Below are positions 57,807 through 64,000 of a stretch of DNA of 64,000 bases, piece by piece. The notes beneath the pieces were generated by a model. It was not told the origin of the DNA. It saw only the letters and a list, made by a program, of their open reading frames with translations, and ran no database searches. This stretch comes from Octopus sinensis (lineage: Eukaryota), in the NCBI RefSeq assembly GCF_006345805.1, contig NW_021836146.1:186001-250000 (forward strand), written 5' to 3'. A program made the translations under genes and the position numbers. How positions within the stretch are numbered: position 1 is the stretch's first letter; each line of letters begins with the position of its first letter.

Positions 57807-58064
57807 TATATATATATATATATAATATATATATAATAGAAATATTAAAATTACTAAGTCTCTCTAAAAGAGAACAGCGGCAGCGTTCCCGGAAAATAAT
57901 AGTTATCGCCATACTAATATGGCATTCTTATAAAAATAAGAATAAAGCTGTCCGCTTATTAGCTCCATGAGGCCATCGCCTAAAGTTAGCTATTTGATAC
58001 ACAAACTGTATCCATATAACCTTCGAACAAGTGAGGTCAGTCGCTCCACACTACTTGACCGGCA

Positions 58065-58106
58065 GCTACAGACGCGTTTCGGGGTATTGCCCCTTTTCAA
58101 TGCAGC
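58065..58106 (-). ncRNA. Type I hammerhead ribozyme, copy 1 (U3-A8 variant core)
   Basis: Minus strand reads GCUGCA UUGAAAA GGGG CAAUA CCCC GAAA CGCG UC UGUAGC: stem I, core, stem II with loop, GAAA, palindromic stem III, GUC cleavage triplet (cut after 58071). Confidence 0.85.
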
Positions 58107-58350
58107 GTAGCCAGCCAGTAGGTGTCGCTTCCGACAATCTCTGTTCGATGGTTTTATTTACCTAGTTTCGGTGGAATACATCCACTTGTTTTCAATAATA
58201 GAAATATTAAAATTACTAAGTCTCTCTAAAAGAGAACAGCGGCAGCGTTCCCGGAAAATAATAGTTATCGCCATACTAATACTTACCGAAACTAGGTAAA
58301 TAAAACCATCGAACAGAGATTGTCGGAAGCGACACCTACTGGCTGGCTAC

Positions 58351-58392
58351 GCTGCATTGAAAAGGGGCAATACCCCGAAACGCGTCTGTAGC
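58351..58392 (+). ncRNA. Type I hammerhead ribozyme, copy 2 (U3-A8 variant core)
   Basis: Same 42-nt motif as copy 1; predicted cleavage after C58386. Stem I extends through a UAC/U internal loop into GGCUGGC/GCCGGUC and CUACU/AGUAG. Confidence 0.87.
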
Positions 58393-58712
58393 TGCCGGTC
58401 AAGTAGTGTGGAGCGACTGACCTCCCTTGTTCGAAGGTTATATGGATACAGTTTGTGTATCAAATAGCTAACTTGAGGCGATGGCCTCATGGAGCTAATA
58501 AGCGGACAGCTTTATTCTTATTTTTATAAGAATGCCATATTAGTATGGCGATAACTATTATTTTCCGGGAACGCTGCCGCTGTTCTCTTTTAGAGAGACT
58601 TAGTAATTTTAATATTTCTATTATTGAAAACAAGTGGATGTATTCCACCGAAACTAGGTAAATAAAACCATCGAACAGAGATTGTCGGAAGCGACACCTA
58701 CTGGCTGGCTAC

Positions 58713-58754
58713 GCTGCATTGAAAAGGGGCAATACCCCGAAACGCGTCTGTAGT
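58713..58754 (+). ncRNA. Type I hammerhead ribozyme, copy 3
   Basis: Same motif; predicted cleavage after C58748, 362 nt after copy 2. One C is missing in the 3' strand of stem I (TGTAGTGCC vs TGTAGCTGCC). Confidence 0.8.
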
Positions 58755-59391
58755 GCCGGTCAAGTAGTGTGGAGCGACTGACCTCCCTTGTTCGAAGGTT
58801 ATATGGATACAGTTTGTGTATCAAATAGCTAACTTGAGGCGATGGCCTCATGGAGCTAATAAGCGGACAGCTTTATTCTTATTTTTATAAGAATGCCATA
58901 TTAGTATGGCGATAACTATTATATATATATATATGTTCATATATATATGTTATAGATGAATATATATAGACATATATATATATGTTATAGATGCATATAA
59001 TATATATTATATATATATATATATATATTCATATATATATTATAGATGCCTATATATATTATACATGTATTATATATTATAGATGCATATATATATATAT
59101 ATTATAGATGCACATATAAATATAGATGCATATATATATATATATATAGATGCACATATAAATATAGATGCATATATATATGTATATATATTATAGATGC
59201 ACATATATATATATATTATAGATGCACACATATATATATTATAGATGCACACACATATATATATATATATATATATTATAGATGCATATATATATATATA
59301 TAGATGCATATATATATTATAGATGCACACATATATATACTATATATATATATATATATATATATAGATGCATATATATATATTATAGATT

Positions 59392-59458
<67 letters not shown>

Positions 59459-60036
59459 TATAGATGCATGTGTGTGTATTTTATGTACGTGCGCATACAC
59501 ACACATACATATATTTTGATTTTGTTCTCAATTTTCTCGTGAAATGTACGTCTGAATTTGCTAAAGTGCAGCCATTTCCACGCGTTCTTCGCAACATGAA
59601 CATAATCGTGTGCGATAAATAACAAAACAAATAACTAATATTAGCAATACAAAATCAAAAAAAAAATCGAGAAACTTACGAAAGCGATTGATTTTAAAAG
59701 TCAATCAAAAAAGAAAAAAAAGTTTCACAGATGTATAAAACGAAGAAAGAATTCTATGTTAATCCGTGTAAAGTAAAGTGGCTGAAGAAGTCGTCTGCAA
59801 CGGCAAGTTCTGGCGGGAGATTAACTTCACGAACAAAACTGTGTTAGAAGAGAAGAAAGAAGCTGCAACGCGTCAAGGCTTTGAAATCGTATTTGGATGT
59901 TAGGAAACTTGTATGTATGGCAACCAGTTTAACTTGTCATATTGACTTCAAAATGATACACGAAGACCGGTCGAAAAATTTGATCGAAACCAAATAATCC
60001 GTTTTAAGTAGAATACTACTAGTAAAATGCATATAT

Positions 60037-60440
60037 GTGGCTGTGTGGTAAGTAGCTTGCTAACCAGCCACATGGTTGCGAGTTCAGTCCCACTGCGTGG
60101 CATCTTGGGCAATTGTCTTCTGCTATAGCCCCGGGCCGACCAATGCCTTGTGAGTGGATTTGGTAGACGGAAACTGAAAGAAGCCTGTCGTATATATGTA
60201 TATATGTGTATTTATGTGTGTGTGTGTGTTTGTGTGTCTGTGTTTGTCCCCTTCGCATTGCTTGACAACCGATGCTGGTGTGTTGACGTCCCCGTCACTT
60301 AGCGGTTCGGCAAAAGAGACCGATAGAATAAGTACTGGGCTTACAAAGCATAAGTCCCGGGGTCGATTTGCTCGACTAAAAGGCGGTGCTCCAGCATGGC
60401 CGCAGTCAAATGACTGAAACAAGTAAAAGAGTAAAAGAGT
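60037..60440 (+). mobile_element. SINE family A, young CpG-intact copy
   Basis: Same consensus, with most CpGs retained. Confidence 0.9.
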
Positions 60441-60676
60441 ATATATATATATATATATATATATGTAATATTAATAAAAATATTTTCTACGTAACATTCT
60501 TCTCAGTTATGTACATAACTGAAACAAAATATATCAATCTGTTGAGAAATTAATGAACTTACTGAATAGAGTAAGGTCAGAATTCATAGAAACCAAATGA
60601 TGGTCTTTTGCATGCTTCTCCTCGAGTCAGCTTAAGCCAGCAGATTTATAATAAAAGGAGTTCAAAGCATTAATCA

Positions 60677-61090
60677 TATCTATTTCTTTATTACCCACAA
60701 GGGGCTAAACACAAAGGGGACAAACAAGGACAGACATAGGTATTAAGTCGATTACATCGACCCCCAGTGCGTAACTGGTACTTAATTTATCGACCCCGAA
60801 AGGATGAAATGCAAAGTCGACCTCCGCGGAATTTGAACTCAAAACGTAACGGCAGACGAAATACCTATTTCTTTATTACACACAAGGGGCTAAACACAGA
60901 GGGGACAAACAAGGACAGACATAGGTATTAAGTCGATTACATCGACCCCCAGTGCGTAACTGGTACTTAATTTATCGACCCCGAAAGGATGAAAGGCAAA
61001 GTCGACCTCGGTGGAATTTGAACTCAGAACGTAACGGCAGACGAAATACCGCTAAGCATTTCGCCCGACGTGCTAACGTTTCTGCCAGCT
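60677..61090 (-). mobile_element. Head-to-tail SINE family C dimer
   Basis: A near-full copy (about 61090-60866) runs directly into a 5'-truncated copy (about 60865-60677). Confidence 0.85.
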
Positions 61091-61516
61091 CATATCGTCT
61101 GCCTTTCCCTCGCAGTTGGTATCCAAAATTACATTATCTAATGTGGTCATTTAAGGATTGAAGGATGGTAGTAGATCGACCTGACAACTATTTCTAGCAC
61201 TATGAGGGACAGCGGAAAGGCTGATTATATATATATATATAAAGGGGTTTGTATGATTGTGTATAGAAGGATATATATTATTCAAAGAAATTCCAACTTT
61301 GCCTGTTTCTTATGTTTTATTCATATTCTTTATAATATTAATGTAGAATATAGAATATATATAGTATAAATAATATATATAGTAAAATGAAATGAAGTAT
61401 TGATTGTCTTATTGAATAGATGGAATATTGAATATCAAATATTAAGGAAATATAAGGAACTATACTTTCTTGCATTAAAGCAGTCTTCAAGGTCCCAGAT
61501 TGTGACAGGAGTGTTA

Positions 61517-61556
<40 letters not shown>

Positions 61557-61606
61557 TCACTCACCCACCCGACTCGTGAAACTGATGTAATAGCAAAAAT
61601 GGGCAA

Positions 61607-61702
61607 AGGTAAAGAATACGCACACCACCCGTTTTCGGTGTTTAGGGATAGATTTAGGGATAGGGTTACGCCGAATACGGGTGGTGTGCGTATTCTTTAC
61701 CT
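61607..61702. repeat. 96-bp hairpin / mini-MITE with a telomere-like loop
   Basis: Perfect 26-bp inverted repeat (61607-61632 / 61677-61702) plus an imperfect inner stem around TTTAGGGATAGATTTAGGGATAGGGTTA. Confidence 0.8.
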
Positions 61703-61929
61703 CCGCTGCAAAAGTGTATCAGAGAAAAACATGGAATTGGGAGGCAAAAAAAGTTAAATTTTTAGGCCAAAAATTCATTAACCGAAGGAAACGGTTTTAA
61801 TTTGCTCGTTTGCTAGTCTACGAGGCAGCGATACCTATTCTGAAGGTTTACCAATTTCAGACGAGTGTAATAGTAAAAGAGAAAAATGAATTTAATATGC
61901 TGAAATGGTGATTTTTTACAGCTTGATAT

Positions 61930-62421
61930 TGTAGCAATATCGTCTCTCATTGCTATCTTCACTGTTTGAGAAGAGTATTAAGAATAACCTCGGTCGAGAT
62001 TACAAACATTTTCGGCTAGTTCAACATTGCTGTAAACACTAATTCGATTGGCTGACACGTTGGTCTCTACGTGTTTCGCGCCACTGGGTGACATGTGACA
62101 CGAGGGTCCCTCCGAAGTCCGCCACTGATTGACACGTGACGCGAATTGTCTCGACTTATTTTCGCGCCATAGTTCCAAGCAGCCAATCACAGCTTTCCAT
62201 TTCTGAAGTTCACTGGGAGCCTGATGAAGCTTATAAAAGAAGGTTTCTCAGACAAATATTCGTCTTAGGTTTCCAGTCCTTCTCAGGGCGAACCTCTGAC
62301 CACACAGAGCTCGTCTTAGGCTTTTAGTTCTTTTAAGAGCTAAGTCTCTGACTACACAGAGCATACTCGACCAAGTTCCAGTTCGAAAGGCAGGCGACCA
62401 CCATTAATACAAGAGGTTACA
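61930..62421 (+). mobile_element. Probable solo LTR
   Basis: TGTAG...TTACA termini, flanks GATAT/GATAC (4 of 5 TSD match), CCAAT at 62183, TATAAAA at 62232, CpG-rich, no ORF. Confidence 0.55.
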
Positions 62422-64000
62422 GATACCTCTTATACTGTTAGTGTGAAATATCACCATGAAGAACGGTTACAGGATATCTATAACTAGAGAAAAATAACCA
62501 AGTAGAAAATAATGAAGAAGCAGGAAGAACCAATCGACAAACATCGAAGATTTAATTTGTACACAAGACGACTACAGATTCAGCTATAGCGGTTAGGTGA
62601 AATTCTCGCCACGGAAAAAACGGCTACAGTAACATATCTGGAAGTATGTTCATTTCAAGAGAAAGATAAACACAACGAGTGATTCAATTAATCTCAACTG
62701 CGATACGCAATATCTTGATATGGAAGTCTGACGCTGTACCTCATAAACGGTAAATCAATTATCTGTTCTTGGGTTCTAGTTTCTTCTAAGAACTACCTTA
62801 AGCCATCTGTTATTACCTGTTACCAGGCCGATACCAACAACATGAACTGTGAATCAAATCCCATCGTCATTTCACTGGTCAGTACCTTTTTACGCCTAAC
62901 GAACACACAGACACAAAAACTTGCTAACGCTTACGAACTCTTAGAATCCACATGATTGTAAAATATGTAAAATAAATAATGTATATATCTTAAAAAGAAA
63001 TCTTGTTGTCATTACAAACTTATGTATATTGCCGCTGCATGTATTATATAGTCAGTAAATAAATTATTAAGAATGGGATCGCGTGCGACTGTCTCTTATA
63101 CGGTACGACCAAGCGTGATCCTATTTTTATAATATCAATGAAATAGTGGAGTTCTAGTTTAAAAAATGATTTGGTCTTTACCTCTTGACAATACTGTCCT
63201 TGGTTCTCGTTGACGTGTACGTGTAAAATCCAAAACATTCCAAAACAAAAACATACCAGTTTGACAATCACTACCAACCAGAAAATTCTTGCTTCGTATT
63301 ATGACGTATAGACATGCGCGCGCATCGTTGAACATCGTTTCTACACAGCAATACGTCAGAATGATATTTAGAGGTCTTTGGCTTGAGTGGTCGTCCGCAC
63401 TTTCATCATGTGTATGTGTGTGTGTAAAATAATGGTCTATTCTTACATTGTAGTGTGTCAACAAACGTTTAGGGGTAGAGATACGGTTAATTTAATCAAA
63501 TTAAAACACAACCTGTTCTGATTTCGTTGGCTGTCAACAATGATCTCTTTATGCTTTATGCTTGTTTACGCCTGCACGCGTTATACAACTAGTACACAGA
63601 GGAAAATAATAAGTACACATAAGGTTTTCAAGAGAAAATCCTTGATTTTTTTTTTTTTAAGATGATTTCTCTGCAAAGGAAAACAAGCAATATTCTGCGC
63701 AAATCCAGTCATAGAAAATAATAGAGGGAACATGGTTGCCTGCTCGAACGAACATTTTTTTTTTCGCTCTTGCTGTTGTTAGCTCAGAGATTACCACCTT
63801 TTATGGGGTCTTTATTCCAGAAATTAGATTAAATACTTATGTCGTTTAAAGGGTTTTTACAAGGCATGGCTTGATGTTATTTGACATTTGACAGAGAGCA
63901 AGGGCAAGGCAAAATTTAAAAAATGCAAATTCTGCCATTGTGAAACCAAAAAAAAGAACAAACCTGGTTTGCAAATAAATTTCAATCATGAAAAATTTTA

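Larger units (their letters stand above)
57833..58922. mobile_element. Hammerhead-ribozyme-containing 362-bp repeat (candidate non-LTR retrozyme / non-autonomous Penelope-like element) in two divergent arms
   Basis: Left arm 57833-58281 (449 bp, ribozyme on - strand; ATAATAGAAAT recurs at 57833 and 58195, period 362). Spacer CTT at 58282-58284. Right arm 58285-58922 (638 bp, ribozymes on + strand). Both outer ends run into (TA)n. No meaningful ORF. Confidence 0.85.

Noticed and set aside
62220-62260. CTGATGA followed by AGC, possible hammerhead core
   Set aside because: No GAAA or stem II downstream; it overlaps the TATA region of the putative LTR.
63089-63101. CTGTCTCTTATAC, a 13-nt match to the Tn5/Nextera mosaic end
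   Set aside because: Only 13 of 19 nt match and the flanks look genomic. Probably chance, though an adapter remnant cannot be excluded without reads.

Overview
AT-rich, microsatellite- and SINE-dense animal DNA. The repeat content suggests an octopus/coleoid cephalopod, which is an inference and not a database result. Almost every ORF in the six-frame track is microsatellite or SINE noise. Positions 1-46.9 kb look like the CpG-depleted body of an unidentified multi-exon minus-strand gene, seen only as short candidate exons. A CpG-rich promoter-like patch sits at about 47 kb, and the sequence beyond it keeps its CpGs and is mostly repeats. Elements present: several tRNA-derived SINE families, Penelope/CR1/RTE LINE remnants, mariner/pogo-type MITEs, four non-autonomous Helitrons, a probable solo LTR and a 1,349-bp tandem duplication. 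The best finding is at 57,833-58,922: a non-coding 362-bp repeat arranged as two divergent arms inside a (TA)n array. It carries three type I hammerhead ribozyme folds with a compensatory U3-A8 core in place of C3-G8, a palindromic stem III, and Schistosoma-like loop II / stem I bulge tertiary elements. This fits a candidate retrozyme or non-autonomous Penelope-like system that could produce a 362-nt (circular) RNA.
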